Shown: positions 35,171-45,000 of the stretch, piece by piece | Layout of the letters: each line of letters begins with the position of its first letter | Numbering within the stretch: position 1 is the first letter of the stretch | Source: a virus | Taxonomy: Duplodnaviria; Caudoviricetes | Length of the DNA stretch: 64,000 nt | Virus record (IMG/VR): IMGVR_UViG_3300037423_000960 | Location: 1-64,000 of that record | Reading direction: 5' to 3' (one strand) | Notes under the pieces: model-generated | What the model saw: only the letters and a program-made list of their open reading frames with translations | What the model was told of the DNA's origin: nothing | Database searches by the model: none | Translations under genes and position numbers: made by a program

Positions 35171-35413
35171 TTAACCGTTGAGCCTTCCGATGACCTCGTC
35201 CACGTGAGCGTTGATCTTTGCCTCCAACGCATCACGTGTGCTCTGGAGTTCTTCCTGACTCTGACCGGAAGTTTCCTTCAGGCCGTCAATCAGCTCCAGA
35301 AGAGCCTGACCAGCACGGATCGCCGGCGTGATCAAAGGAGTGCCGGTGAACTTCTCGATCGTGGGGGCGAGATTCTCGGCAGCAGCAAGAATTTTACGAA
35401 TGGTCTCTTCCAT
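35171..35413 (-). CDS. Small amphipathic helical protein (lysis-cassette candidate)
   Basis: 80 aa; GGAGG RBS; follows the lipoprotein gene. Confidence 0.6.
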   Translation of the reverse strand: MEETIRKILAAAENLAPTIEKFTGTPLITPAIRAGQALLELIDGLKETSGQSQEELQSTRDALEAKINAHVDEVIGRLNG

Positions 35414-35422
35414 GAGATCCTC

Positions 35423-35785
35423 CTACTTGCCGAGTGATTGCTTAACGAGAGCAATCGCCTCAGTTGCGTGTTGGAATGCCTCGTTGTACGAGGTGACCGA
35501 GCCGGCCTTCTGCGCGGCGGAGGCAGCATTGACCCACTGCTTCGCAAGCGTGAGGCCTCGGGCGACTTCCTTCGCCTTCGGACTACCCGGCACGATGAGT
35601 TTCGCGTCGATAGCCTGATCGGCGAGAGTCGCGAGTGTGTCGAGCGTGAGAAAGGCGTACCGGACTGCTCGATCGTCAATGACGGTCTTCTGGAGAGGAG
35701 CCGGCGACTCGGGTGTGACCGGCATGACCGTATTGCATCCCGCCAGTCCGAGAGATGCAACTGCGAGTAAGAGTGTAATTCGCAT
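35423..35785 (-). CDS. Lipoprotein (possible spanin-like)
   Basis: MRITLLLAVASLGLAGC, a canonical lipobox. Confidence 0.75.
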   Translation of the reverse strand: MRITLLLAVASLGLAGCNTVMPVTPESPAPLQKTVIDDRAVRYAFLTLDTLATLADQAIDAKLIVPGSPKAKEVARGLTLAKQWVNAASAAQKAGSVTSYNEAFQHATEAIALVKQSLGK

Positions 35786-35795
35786 CGTGAGCTCC

Positions 35796-36113
35796 TTACT
35801 TGTAGTGGATCTGCGCTACCTCGGCCGGAACCCGATTATCCTGAGCCACGGTGACGACCTGAGCTGCTCGAAAATGGGTCTTGTAGAGACCATAGAGCAG
35901 GGTTCCGATGCCGACGATCGCCGCGGCGAGAGCAGCACCCTCGCTACTCTGGAAGAAGGCGATGAGCCCGAATACATCTCGCGACTTCAGCAGCGCCGAG
36001 ATCGCCGGGTAGATCGTGACGATTACGACCACGTAGCGACCGAGAGCTTTCAGGAGATCTAAGACCGCCTGATTTTCCGATACGACGACCGGTTCCGTTG
36101 CTTCACCTACCAT
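35796..36113 (-). CDS. Holin-like membrane protein
   Basis: Two hydrophobic segments in 105 aa, next to the lipoprotein gene. Confidence 0.55.
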   Translation of the reverse strand: MVGEATEPVVVSENQAVLDLLKALGRYVVVIVTIYPAISALLKSRDVFGLIAFFQSSEGAALAAAIVGIGTLLYGLYKTHFRAAQVVTVAQDNRVPAEVAQIHYK

Positions 36114-36125
36114 GTGCGTTCTCCT

Positions 36126-36578
36126 TTACTTCGACTTCACGACAGGCTCCGGTGTAGCGGCGACGAGACTGTCACTGCCTGGACCCGGAACATACACTTC
36201 CTTAGGCTGAGGATCCTCGTCCTTCGAGGGCCAGGACATCCCAGCCGGGGTCTTCTCCCCGGTGGCGCGGCGGAGTGCCTCCATGATGCCTCGTCCGCGA
36301 GCACCATTTTCGTCCGCGAAGTTGTTGATACGATTATGTGACGCGCATATGGCAAGTTCTGCTCCGAGCGCGATGACCTTCTTAGAGAGATCCTTCTGGC
36401 GAGCGTAGATAATTTCTGCCGCCTCAGACACCGCGAAGGAAACCGACTTTCCGGGTTCGAGAAGAGACAGAATCTCTCCGCGCACGTCCTCCGGGAACTC
36501 ATCAGGATTAGCGACCACAAAGCGAAAGAGTTCAGTGGCGGCTTCGTCTGGCTGAGTAATGAAACGTGGGCTAGTCAT
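36126..36578 (-). CDS. Hypothetical protein
   Basis: 150 aa; GGAGA RBS; own promoter. Confidence 0.65.
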   Translation of the reverse strand: MTSPRFITQPDEAATELFRFVVANPDEFPEDVRGEILSLLEPGKSVSFAVSEAAEIIYARQKDLSKKVIALGAELAICASHNRINNFADENGARGRGIMEALRRATGEKTPAGMSWPSKDEDPQPKEVYVPGPGSDSLVAATPEPVVKSK

Positions 36579-36605
36579 TCTTGTCTCCAGGTCTAGAGCT
36601 ATCGC

Positions 36606-36634
36606 AGCTTACGGGGATATTATTCGTTGGACAA
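36606..36634 (-). promoter_or_regulatory. Variant TTGTCA-class promoter TTGTCC-N17-TAAGCT
   Basis: Intergenic; drives the 150-aa gene and the holin/lipoprotein block. Confidence 0.55.
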
Positions 36635-36663
36635 GCGATTTTGCATGAGATACCAGTGCCTTA

Positions 36664-37230
36664 CTAGAGACCAAGTAGTTGAGCCGGGTCAGGTACTTCC
36701 CGAATCTGCTTGATAGTCTCTACGACGTGTCTGATACTCGAGTTGAGTCTACCCTCCTCGGAGATTGGAAGAATAGGAATTTTGTCATTCTGCGGGAGAT
36801 GCTGAAAGGTAGGATCCTCGGGCTTAGAGACAGCGATCGCATTAGGATCCACCGGAACATCCCTCAAAGTCGGTGGTTCACCTAGCACGGCCAGAAGCAT
36901 CTCTTTTCGAAACTCGTCGATGCTGTTGATCTGAAGTTGGGCAGGACCTATGCTAGCCGAGCAGCGAGACTCAATCTGCTTTCCGTCGGGAGAAGTCTGA
37001 GTCTCACCGTCAGGTTTGATCCATCTCGCCCACGACTGAAGATGGACCCCAGAGTTATTCTCCATCCACTCTTCGGCAACCGAGATAGCCACGAGAGTTC
37101 CGTCGTCTAGCTTCACGGCCACTTCATCAGGGTACAGACCTGGAGCCAGCTCCTCGTACTGAGGAGTTCCGGGGATGCTCCACTCTGGATCCCTGAGCGG
37201 AGGTTGAGAAGTTGCTTTCACGAAGCTCAT
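36664..37230 (-). CDS. Hypothetical protein downstream of the tail fibre (possible assembly factor)
   Basis: 188 aa; assignment positional only. Confidence 0.6.
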   Translation of the reverse strand: MSFVKATSQPPLRDPEWSIPGTPQYEELAPGLYPDEVAVKLDDGTLVAISVAEEWMENNSGVHLQSWARWIKPDGETQTSPDGKQIESRCSASIGPAQLQINSIDEFRKEMLLAVLGEPPTLRDVPVDPNAIAVSKPEDPTFQHLPQNDKIPILPISEEGRLNSSIRHVVETIKQIREVPDPAQLLGL

Positions 37231-37240
37231 CGTACAGTCC

Positions 37241-40200
37241 TTACGGTTTGTCCACGTTATGAGTGAGAATCAGCTTGCCAGCTTTTCTTCCGGCCGCGAA
37301 GGTAGCTCCACCGGCACGAATGTAGCAGACAGGGATGTTACCGGCCTCAGAAGCGCGAGCGACTGACCACTCGAAGTCGCCTTCGACTAGAGTGGGAAGC
37401 TCGTGATCTTTCAGATCTGCCGGGTAGATAGTGTCACCGTTTCTCAGTGTGAGTGGTGTAGACTGGGATAGTAGCAAGACGCAACCGTTTGCTGTGATGA
37501 TCTCGTAACCATACTCTATCTGAGTAGAGTTCCCGAGAACCTCTGTCCAACTCTTAGCGCTGTTGCGATCTTCGCCTAGTGACAGGACATAATCTCCAGC
37601 GACGACGTCTTTCGCTCTCTTCAGACCCTCCTGAGTCTCGACCCACGAGTCCTCGTGTACGCAACCGCCTCCTCCGCCTATGCCGCCGCCGCCTCCTGTC
37701 CCCGAAGATGGGAAGAAGACAGAACAGTTACCAAGATAGACGCGAGCGTCGCTCTGATATATTAGGCTCGTATCAGTCGTGGCCTTGAGACCACCCGAGG
37801 GAGTTCCTCCAGCGTAGTTAGGATCGTCGACATAGAGATAGTAGTTGATGGTCGTATTGCCGGTACCTGTCACCCCCACGCTCATTGAGTTGTAGGCGAT
37901 ACTGATGGAGCCGATGTAGCTCGTGCTGGCTCCGATAGTGATAGTGGCAGTAGCAGGAGATCCAGCCGCCGCCGTGTACGAAACAGCACCTGTGTTCTTG
38001 TACCGAAGATTTTGAGAAGCGATTTGAGGAAGCTGCCTCTGATCGCCGACACGAACACCCGTTCCGGGAGTGCTGAGAAGAAGCGAGGACAGCGTAGCCT
38101 CGTCCGTGAACGGAGTGTCACCAGAGATCACAGCGTTGGACGCGAACTTAATTCTCCGCCATCCTATGACTTGACCAGAAGTAATGTTGACGCTACCGAC
38201 CTTTGGACGAATTCTCGCGCTCAGGGCACCAGAGGGTGAAGTGTACGCCTGAGTGTACCTTGTCCAGCTAGCCCCGATCGTAGCTGACATGTTAGCGTCG
38301 TTGGAGAGGAAAACAGTACCAGCGGCATCCGAGTACCAAATAACGTCAAAGCCGACCATGCCGGAAGTAGCACCCGCGGCATGAACCTCTCCTTGAAGCT
38401 GATAGCTAGAAGAGGGCAAGACAGGGATGACGTCTGAGAGAGCTGCTGCGGTCAAACCTGTCTGCGGACCAGAGATGTAGACATAAGGCGCAATGGAGCC
38501 GATTCCGGAGAACGCGAATCCCACAGGCCAGGAGAATCCTAGAGCCTTGTTGGACGCATCACGGAGTTTAAGACTTCCGTTGAATAGAAGGTTAGCAGAA
38601 CCTGTGAACACGTTCTCTGGTGTGCGAGGATCCGTTGCAAACGGTCCTCCACCGAGACCTCCGATTGTGACAGTGCCGCCGCCAGCACCAGAGAGAACGC
38701 CCCCTGCGGAGATGCTGACTGCAGAGTTCTTGACGTTTGCGTCGGACAACGCAGACAGGAAGCTGTCGTAGAGATTAGTTCCGGCACGAGCACCATACGA
38801 AGAGAGAGTCCTCCATACTCCGCCGATGCGAACTTTATGTGCCAGAAGTGCGCTCGAAGTGTCTCCCCAGATGTAGCCGTCTTCTACTGCACCAGGATCT
38901 GTCGGACTATATAGAGTGCGGTTACGAGTGGCGAAGAGATCTCCCTGGAACCCTAGGCCGCCGATAGTGACTGAGCCACCACCGGCACCTGAGAGAACAC
39001 CTGCCGAGGAAATGCTGATGGCCGAGTTCTTAACAGTGGAGTCACTGAGAACAGTGTTGCCGCTGTCACGAAGATAGGTCCCTCCGAGAAGCAGAGTACT
39101 CTGAGTGCCGACAGCACCGCCGCCGAGACCAGAATAGGTGACGGTACCGCCTCCAGCACCAGAGAGAACGCCTGCGGAAGAGATCGACACAGCCGAGTTT
39201 AGAACCTGAGTGTCTGTGACGACAGAGCCGGAGCTGTTCTGAACGGTGGAACCGAGAGTCGGCTGAGTAGTAGACTGCGAATACGTCAAGTTCGTGTACG
39301 AAGCTCCGGCATTAAGTAGGAGAGCTTTCGGGTAGAAGCTCTGCGCCGGGAGTACTCCGGAGATGTACTGAGTTCTGAAGACACCGTCAGTGTAGACCCG
39401 GATGCCAATCTCATCGTACACCAGACTCAAATTCTGGGGAGTGGTACCAATACCGAAGCCGACTGGTCCGGCGACACTAACTCCATTCTTGTAGATCTGG
39501 ACCTGCTGATTCAAGGTCGAGCTGTAGGTGTAGACGACTGCGTACAGCATCGTGGCTAGAGTGAAGTTCGTAGCGTCGTCGTCCAGAGCGAGGATTGTGC
39601 TTTTACCATTCACGTTGTACGGAGTACACGAGACGGTCTGCGGTCCAGTGATAACTCGGCCTACGACACCACCTGCATAGGCATCACCAGATCCGGCTGG
39701 CTTGCTGAGAGTATTGCCGCTCAGTGAGAAAGTCGTACCGATACCAGACCAGAGACCGGTATATCCCATGCCTCCGAGAGTAGCCGAGCCTCCGCCAGCA
39801 CCCGAGAGGGAGCCGTCAGGATTAATCGTAATCGCGCTATTGACGATGGTGGAGGAGACCACCACTGAGCCGCCGTTAGTGAGATTGACACCAACCTGAG
39901 CACCGACTGTGGAGACCGTATCACCCCAGGAAGATCCGTTCCAGCGAAGAAGTGCCTGTGTAGTCGGGTTATACCAAAGATCACCTACGGCGAAGGTTCC
40001 GGAAGGAGTAGTAGTGCTGACGTAGGTTTTAATCTTCCCGTCCGCCGTTGCCTGAGCTCCAGCCGCAGCAGTCAAGGCGTCTACGATACGAGTGTCCGAG
40101 AACGCCGCCCACGTCGATCCAGTCCAGCGATACGTCTTATTCGCATCGTCAGTGTCGACCCAGACGTCGTTGGTCTGCATCCCGGAAGTTGGAGCGGCGG

Positions 40201-42004
40201 TCTGAAAGAAGAAGGTTGCCCCGCTGGAACTATACGATCCTAGAATCCCCTGCGCGTAAGCATCGTTTCCGTGCTGAACTACTAGACGCTTGCGCTGCTG
40301 AATTCCGTTCGCGTCTGTAGCTTTGACCTCGATCCACTGAACTAACACGGAAGAGGATACGTTAGCGATCGGTATCGTATTCCCGCCAGTGATTGTGACG
40401 TTGTTACCGAGATTGTCTACAGCAGTTATGGTGATGGGTGCCGTGGTGTTCGTGCCTGTAGCAGTCGCCACAACAGACTGACCCGCTGGAGAAGGTTGAC
40501 CGTTGTCGTCAAAGTAGAAACGATCAGCGCTGAGACTCAGATCAATCTTGTTAAGAGGGGAGACTGCATCCTTTACTACCGTGAAGACCTCGTCCCAAGC
40601 AAACTCTCCGATATTCACCCTAAGCACGGCGGAGGCGGGTGAGCTCGGCGGAGCCGTAACCGTGATGTTACCACTCTGATCTATTGCAATCCAGGACTCA
40701 CCATTCGGCACCCGGAAGGTCGCGATGCCAAGATCGTTGACCTCGGTGTTGTTCAGGAAGACATGATATTTACCAGCACCCGAATAATCGGGAGTTGCGA
40801 CAGACGTATCCACATAGAGATACATCTTGTCGAGATAGGCGTTAAGCAACTGCTTCGGAATCGTGAAGTCAGAAGGCGGCTGGACGGTAGGATTCTGGGC
40901 ATAGTCGACCTTGACGCGAAACAAAGGCACCGGAGATGGAGCCTTACCAAGACTCATGAGATCTTCCTGTCGGATGGTCGCGACAGGAGTGCTGAACTTA
41001 AAGATTTTGAAGCTGATGAGACCAGATCTTGTGACGTACCAGAAGCCGAAGACAGCGCTGGCGAGGGTCTCCATCAGTTCGTCGTACTGAAGCTCGGGTT
41101 CTGGAAAATACAGGCCCTCAAAGGCCCACGGAGCATCCGTAGAAGCCTGAGTAAAGGCAGAGACGTCTAGCTCTCCGCTGCTGAGACCAAGCCGACTAGT
41201 GAGGAGTTGCTTCGCTAACTCGGGAATGTTCGTGACTGTTCCGAAAGCTCCCACGGCATCTACTGTGATCGTACCAGCCGGTGGAGCTCCGAGCCGAATG
41301 AATCCACTAGCCTTGCACGTTCCGTAGTAGCCGGGAGGAATTGTCGCAGCGATCAAAGAAGCATACGAGGCGTAGTCCTGCTGGAACTTTATCGCGTTTG
41401 CACGATCATAGACAGCATCAACCGAAGATAAGACACCGTCGTGAATTTGACCAGTGAGAAGTGCTTGATCAACCCAGACCGGAGAGAGATTACGTGCCTT
41501 GCCGAAGAGTAGAGGCTTGAATTTGTTCTGAAGGTCAATGCCTCCCTCAGCCCCTCCTGTCCCAGCGTACTTGTTATTCTGGACGGGCTTAGTCAGCTTG
41601 TAGCTATTATCTCTCAGGGTCAGCGTTAGGCTGTTTGTGTCAGTGGTAATCTCTGTCGTGGAGCCTACGAACTCTGTAACGAAGGAGGTGTAGGAGGATC
41701 CCAACTTCCCACGCTTGATAGTAAGAGGCCGTGCATCCCACGCATAATCAAGAAGATAGTCGAAACGACCATCTACGTTGTTGATTGTGGCGGAACCCAG
41801 AGAAACACTGGTCTGGCCTGGGACGTTCTCCTCAAAGATAGAGGTCTCGTGTGTGAACGCTTGACTGAGACGAACGGGATACTTATTCCCGGTGCTCTGG
41901 AAGTCGGCCTCAGTGAGAAGACCGTCCGAGAAAAAGACATTCTCAGCTACGCCGCTCGTGTTAAGCGGTTGAGCCTCGAGAAGATATACAGTCTCACCAC
42001 TCAT
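37241..42004 (-). CDS. Central tail fibre / tip-attachment protein with a C-terminal Hint domain
   Basis: 1587 aa directly after the TMP; N-terminal hub-like region, APT...WVDTD...YRWTG fibre modules, Gly/Ser repeats, terminal C...HN domain. Confidence 0.85.
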   Translation of the reverse strand: MSGETVYLLEAQPLNTSGVAENVFFSDGLLTEADFQSTGNKYPVRLSQAFTHETSIFEENVPGQTSVSLGSATINNVDGRFDYLLDYAWDARPLTIKRGKLGSSYTSFVTEFVGSTTEITTDTNSLTLTLRDNSYKLTKPVQNNKYAGTGGAEGGIDLQNKFKPLLFGKARNLSPVWVDQALLTGQIHDGVLSSVDAVYDRANAIKFQQDYASYASLIAATIPPGYYGTCKASGFIRLGAPPAGTITVDAVGAFGTVTNIPELAKQLLTSRLGLSSGELDVSAFTQASTDAPWAFEGLYFPEPELQYDELMETLASAVFGFWYVTRSGLISFKIFKFSTPVATIRQEDLMSLGKAPSPVPLFRVKVDYAQNPTVQPPSDFTIPKQLLNAYLDKMYLYVDTSVATPDYSGAGKYHVFLNNTEVNDLGIATFRVPNGESWIAIDQSGNITVTAPPSSPASAVLRVNIGEFAWDEVFTVVKDAVSPLNKIDLSLSADRFYFDDNGQPSPAGQSVVATATGTNTTAPITITAVDNLGNNVTITGGNTIPIANVSSSVLVQWIEVKATDANGIQQRKRLVVQHGNDAYAQGILGSYSSSGATFFFQTAAPTSGMQTNDVWVDTDDANKTYRWTGSTWAAFSDTRIVDALTAAAGAQATADGKIKTYVSTTTPSGTFAVGDLWYNPTTQALLRWNGSSWGDTVSTVGAQVGVNLTNGGSVVVSSTIVNSAITINPDGSLSGAGGGSATLGGMGYTGLWSGIGTTFSLSGNTLSKPAGSGDAYAGGVVGRVITGPQTVSCTPYNVNGKSTILALDDDATNFTLATMLYAVVYTYSSTLNQQVQIYKNGVSVAGPVGFGIGTTPQNLSLVYDEIGIRVYTDGVFRTQYISGVLPAQSFYPKALLLNAGASYTNLTYSQSTTQPTLGSTVQNSSGSVVTDTQVLNSAVSISSAGVLSGAGGGTVTYSGLGGGAVGTQSTLLLGGTYLRDSGNTVLSDSTVKNSAISISSAGVLSGAGGGSVTIGGLGFQGDLFATRNRTLYSPTDPGAVEDGYIWGDTSSALLAHKVRIGGVWRTLSSYGARAGTNLYDSFLSALSDANVKNSAVSISAGGVLSGAGGGTVTIGGLGGGPFATDPRTPENVFTGSANLLFNGSLKLRDASNKALGFSWPVGFAFSGIGSIAPYVYISGPQTGLTAAALSDVIPVLPSSSYQLQGEVHAAGATSGMVGFDVIWYSDAAGTVFLSNDANMSATIGASWTRYTQAYTSPSGALSARIRPKVGSVNITSGQVIGWRRIKFASNAVISGDTPFTDEATLSSLLLSTPGTGVRVGDQRQLPQIASQNLRYKNTGAVSYTAAAGSPATATITIGASTSYIGSISIAYNSMSVGVTGTGNTTINYYLYVDDPNYAGGTPSGGLKATTDTSLIYQSDARVYLGNCSVFFPSSGTGGGGGIGGGGGCVHEDSWVETQEGLKRAKDVVAGDYVLSLGEDRNSAKSWTEVLGNSTQIEYGYEIITANGCVLLLSQSTPLTLRNGDTIYPADLKDHELPTLVEGDFEWSVARASEAGNIPVCYIRAGGATFAAGRKAGKLILTHNVDKP
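37256..37663 (-). other. Hint (intein-like autoprocessing) domain, 136 aa
   Basis: Begins with Cys (CVHEDSWVETQEG) after a poly-Gly linker; ends LTHN followed by VDKP-stop. Confidence 0.75.
38650..39850 (-). repeat. Four dispersed copies of a ~30-aa repeat (V.NSAISISSAGVLSGAGGG.VT.GGLG) in the tail fibre
   Basis: Copies near 39770-39850, 39120-39215, 38953-39045 and 38650-38745. Confidence 0.8.
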
Positions 42005-42007
42005 GTT

Positions 42008-45000
42008 CTACAGCATCTTCACGTTGTTGCGATCTACAAGACTCGTGCTCGGGCCGCTCGAGCCATAGACAGAACTAGTGCCTCCAGTTCCACCCGTACT
42101 ACCGACGCCGGTGCCACCAGACGTCGGGCCAGTAGGTGTCGTGACCGGAATCTTCTGACCTAGGGCAATAGCGAGATTATTGATGGCGTCTACGATGTTG
42201 ACGCTACCCTCCACCACCGCCTGACCGACGATACCCATCGCGTCGATCATCTCCAGCGACTGCTGGTTGATCTCTTGAACCATGTCGTCCAGCGACGGGA
42301 GATCGGGAGCAGTACCGACACCGCCCGGAATTCCAGAGCCACCTGGGGACTCGTAGAGCGCCAGTTGATCTGTGACTTGCTTGAAGATGTCGAAATAGTC
42401 GGTACTAGAGCCGTACATCGTGCGCGCGGCGTCTAGATAATTCTGGGCATACGTCGACAGCTTATCAACGTTGGAGAAGTCTCCTACGTTGAATTGACCA
42501 ATTAGACCCGAGTAAAGATCTCGCGAGTTGCCGAGGATTGTTGTCGCATTGAGAGGCGAGCTGGAAGAAGCTGTCAGCTGATCATATAGATCCTTGGCAG
42601 CACTGACGAGACCGTTAGTCGCTGTATCAGCCCACTTCTTAGCGAGATCAGCCCGTTTGCGACCATAATAGTCTTCGACTGCGTTGAGATCCCCACCGAC
42701 AGCCATAGCCGTCTGGACTGCGTCGTGGTACTCCTTGACTAGATCATTGTACGCTGCCTGAGCAGGATTCGTGTAGCCGAGGATGCCCTGATTGATCTGG
42801 TAGTTGAAGTCAGACTTCATCTGATCCATCAGACGACCGCGAGCCTTAGAAAGTTTGTCCTCGCTCAAGCCTAGCGACGCGGCCTGTTGCTTCAGCTTAT
42901 AGAAGGCCTCGTTAAGATCGCGGATCTTTGTAAGTACGTCAGGAAGAGCGAAGGAACCCTTGACGAACTCGTCGTAAGCCTGACCAATCTGAAGATCAGA
43001 CTGAAGCTGATCCATGTTGGAGGCTTTCGTATTTTTAAAGATCGTCTTCAGGGTGTCGGTCAGACCTGTGATCATCCCGCGATTAGCTTGGTGGATCAGC
43101 GCCCACGCCTGAACCTCAGACTGGTCAGTCGAGCGGAACCAGTCTCTTCCCATGACCCCGGTCGGTTTACCCTTACTCATGTTGCCGGTCAAGGAGTAGA
43201 AGTACTGATCGTTGTTGTTAGGTCCCGGGATCTTCCAGGTAGCCTGACCAAAGGTTCCGAAGTTGCCGGGCTTTAGCTGAGCCCCGTACTGAAGGGCGAA
43301 CTGATTGAAGAGCGAAGCTCCTGAACTCGCTGCGCTTTTACCGATCGCAGCGTCTGCGGGACCATACGTTCCAGTAGCTCCCACGCGAGCTGTTCCGGTG
43401 TTGTCCACCCGGACATTACCGAATGAGCTCGGAAGCTTAGGAACTTTCTTAAAGAGACCTATTACGCCGCCGATGACTGCGCCGACGGCGGCACCTACCG
43501 GGCCTCCGAGGACGAAACCCGCCGCCGCACCGCCCATCGCCCCACTGACGACGTTTCCAGCGCGACCTTTGATACCTAGAGCCTTGGTGACACTCTTACC
43601 GATTTGGCTGCCGATCTGATAGGCTGCGAAAGCGGTTCCGGCAGCGCCGATGGCACCGCTGATGCCGGCCGAAGCACCCTTTCCTGTCTTCAGGAAATTA
43701 CCAAATGCTTTCATACCGTCTTTAGCAGCGCTCAAAGTGTTGGTGATGTTCGTAAACATGCTCAGTTGGCGAGAGCCGCCCGCTGCCGGGATAGGTGCGT
43801 TGGTATCTACGCGAGAACCACCTAGACGAGATCCCGTGACGATAATAGCGTCACCAACAGTAGAACCAGCACCAGCACTGTTTGCGACGAGATCGCCGTT
43901 TTGATCATAACGTAAGCGACCTCCTGCTACGGTGCCTGGAGGTGAGAGACCGCCGCCGTTGAGGACGTTCCCCATCACACTATTGACGACGGAGCCTATT
44001 AGACCCTGACCACTGGCGTAAGAATTGGTAGTTCCAGTTCCAGGAGTACCGATACCTCCGAAGCCAGCCGTTGCCTGAGGAGCCAAGACCTGCGACAAGG
44101 ATTGCTGAAGCCACTGCTTCATCGGATTGTAGAGAACAAAGTCCAGGATGATTTTGCTGAGCTGCTTGAAGATATTCTTAAAGATGTCAAGGAAGTTGTT
44201 CCCAGCGTCAATCCCATCCCGGAAACCACCCACGATTGCGTCTGCCATATCAGCCGCGGTCTGGTTGGCTTTCTCGTACTGATCGGTGAGCTGCTTCATT
44301 GCGCGAGCCTCGTTCAGAGTCGCGGCTTTTAAGTTGACCTGCTTGCGAAGTTCGTCACCCGTCCAGTCATTGTCAATCAGCTCCTGACGGTACTGAAGCA
44401 TCTCCTTGTAGTAGTCAATATCCTCGGACTTCATTCCCGACTTATACATCGGTGAAAGTGCTCTGTCGAGGGCTTGCTGATTCTCGAAGTCGCGCTGTGC
44501 GTTGGTGGCCTCGAGAGACCGCTTTAACTGATCACGTAGCGCGAGTTCTTTCTCAAGCTCAGCTCTCAGCTTGGGGCGATTTTCTAGGCTCGTCCCCTCG
44601 AGCATGTTCTGTATCTCGAGTTGACGATTGGCCGCAGCCATCGTCGTACCCTTGACGTTGAGAAGGTCAATGTAGCCTTTCTGGGCCTCGTTGTCGGCAC
44701 GAAGACCTACGATATCGGTAGCAACCTTCTGATCAGCCTTAGCCTCCGCAGAGGCCTTCTGTCGTTGCTCCATGTAGCCAATCACAGCTTCCTTGGCCGA
44801 CTGATATTGTTCTGCGACCGTCTTACCGCTGACGTCGAGGCCTAGCTGGTGGGCAAGCTGCAACACGCCCTTAATTTTATTCTCAGGACCCTTTATAGCG
44901 TCCTCGAAGCTCTTCTCCTGGTCGACGGCTGCGTTATGCGCCGCTGCGCCCGCCTTATCGAAGGAGCCGCTCAGAAGGGCCGAAATACTCTCTGAGACTG

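Noticed and set aside
37256-37663. Calling the Hint domain a mobile intein
   Set aside because: It has no homing endonuclease, no C/S/T at +1 and only a 4-residue C-extein.
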